Assembly: GCA_050575255.1 (NCBI GenBank)
Contig: JBNZDD010013610.1
Coordinates: 1,472,366 to 1,536,365, forward strand
Origin: Harriotta raleighana
Taxonomy: Eukaryota
Length of the DNA: 64,000 nucleotides
Direction: 5' to 3'
In this document: positions 62,292 through 64,000 of the stretch, in pieces
Layout of the letters: each line of letters begins with the position of its first letter
How positions within the stretch are numbered: position 1 is the first letter of the stretch
The notes under the pieces: model-generated
Told to the model about the DNA's origin: nothing
Databases searched by the model: none
What the model saw: the letters and a program-made list of their open reading frames with translations, nothing else
Position numbers and translations under genes: made by a program

Positions 62292-64000
62292 CACGCACGC
62301 CTTTTCTCTGCTTTTTTTTCCCTCTCCATTCTCTGTGCCCACCGCTCACCAGATGGAACGCGTCTGGGCTGCAGAGGCTGTGTCTGCTTCTCCGTGCCAG
62401 CCTGACCGCCAACGATGCTCCACACAATGAATAATCAATACCCTTATTGATCTGTTGTGAATGTTTGTAAATTCCTGAAAGGAAGAATGGAAAGGGAGGG
62501 GGGTGATTGGTGGGGGTGGGTGGGGGGGTCAGTGGGGGGCTGTTGTGGAGAAAGCCACTGATATTCGCAGGATCTCCGGAGGGGAAGCTTATTGGTCCGT
62601 CAAAGCCCATTCATTCTTGGAAACCTGCGCACATGCACAACATTCAACTATACCGCAGCTGTAATTGTGTGATGCAAACAACAAATTCATTGACAATCCT
62701 GTGTGTTAAACGGGCTGCAATAACTTTCTTTACAATTCTGCTAATGGTCACGGCCTACAGTGAAAGCAGCTGACTAGACTCCAGGGCTGCTGGCACGCCA
62801 TCAACCCCTGGTCTGGAAGCTCACGAAAGCAGCCTATCACCCTTTCTCAGTTGAGCAATCATGCTTGAATACAAGATCAACTCAACACATAGCACCTAGA
62901 TTGGGTTTGTGACAGGAGCATTAGTAACCTTTATGATATTAATCGGGAGCTGGATTTTATTCCTGGGTTCAATCCTCTAATTCGACAGGGACAGAGAACC
63001 ATCCATTTTATCAGTCAGAGCCAGCAAAATGATTTTTTTTTTTGCAGGGCACTGATTAGCTGCCGTGATCCAATTAGCAGCACCTTTCTATCAGAGACCC
63101 TGCTCCAGCGTGTTGTTGCAATGTCCGGAGCCAGTCATAAATCCTGAAGACAGTGAATCTTTCCACTGGGGAAGATTAATTGCAGCAGCCGCCACTATAT
63201 AAAAATGTTCAAGATTAAGCTTAATACAGAAAGGTGAAAATTCCAATATGTGCAAAATGCTGGCAACTTGCAGCAAAAAAATAGGCTAAAAAAAAGGAGG
63301 GAAAGCTTGTTGGTCTGTCAAAAGTCGGGAACTTGCCTTTTAAAGAAAACATAAACTCCTGATAATGCATAAGTGCTGTGAAAGCTTATTTGCTCGTAGC
63401 ATTTGGATAGATGGTTAAATTATAATATCTGCACTTTTAGCACTTTTATTTGGGAAAAAATCTCACTTTGTAGAAGGGGAGGAAGGTGTTTAACAGGCGG
63501 TTGGCTTTTTATATAGAAAATGGTTTGTTATTGGCAGATCTATTCTCGCTGTTAAATTTAAAATGAGGTGTTTGGATCAAGGCTTGAAGTGGCAATGCCT
63601 CGAAAACAGCACTTTTTCAACGACAACAAAAAATCGGGTTGGAAAGAGATTGTGCTTTTCATCTTAGATTTGAAACTCTGCGTGTGTTTGTGCTGCGTTA
63701 TATGTTGAGTTGTTTTGAAAGTTGCCCTGGTTTGAAATTGTGTCCAGATGTACATTGGCAGTCCTGGTCCTTTCAGAGAGATGTTAGTGCTGAAGTCTTT
63801 CAGTTTGATCGTCTTTGTAAGTAACAAAATGACGACTAGATGCTTGAGGGGGGAAGTCGGCATGAGCAAGCGGCCAGAAAAGCTCAGAAGTATTGTTTTT
63901 TTGCTCATGCATATGTTTTCTTTTCCTTGTCAACTCAATGGGATCATTTTCCTCGCACCTATTTGAAGTCCTGTTATTCCCTCATCCGCTTGAGGTTTTG

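Noticed and set aside
1509-63966. All supplied six-frame ORFs as protein-coding genes
   Set aside because: They are short (166 aa or less), overlap on both strands, are often low-complexity or inside repeats, and show no recognisable domain apart from L2 ORF2 C-terminal relics.

Overview
Vertebrate-type, AT-rich, apparently non-coding DNA (intron of a very large gene or a gene desert). I recognise no protein-coding exon, rRNA, genuine tRNA gene or CRISPR array; the supplied ORFs look spurious or lie in repeats. The window has many retroposon relics: an older tRNA-headed Deu-domain SINE family (SacSINE1/AmnSINE1-like), a younger ~330-bp tRNA-derived SINE resembling those of the chimaera Callorhinchus milii, 3' ends of L2 and CR1 LINEs, and two fold-back Penelope-like terminal-repeat relics. 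These repeats suggest a cartilaginous fish, probably a holocephalan (inferred from recalled consensus sequences; no search was run). Between the repeats are repeat-free blocks rich in homeodomain, Pbx-Hox/Meis, RFX and Fox motifs that look like conserved non-coding enhancers. The most interesting item is the 93-bp inverted repeat at 3668-3890, whose two arms together reconstruct a minimal type I hammerhead ribozyme. Two short duplications flanking single N bases are probably assembly artefacts. I found no convincing evidence for a wholly new system. Repeat boundaries are by eye and approximate.
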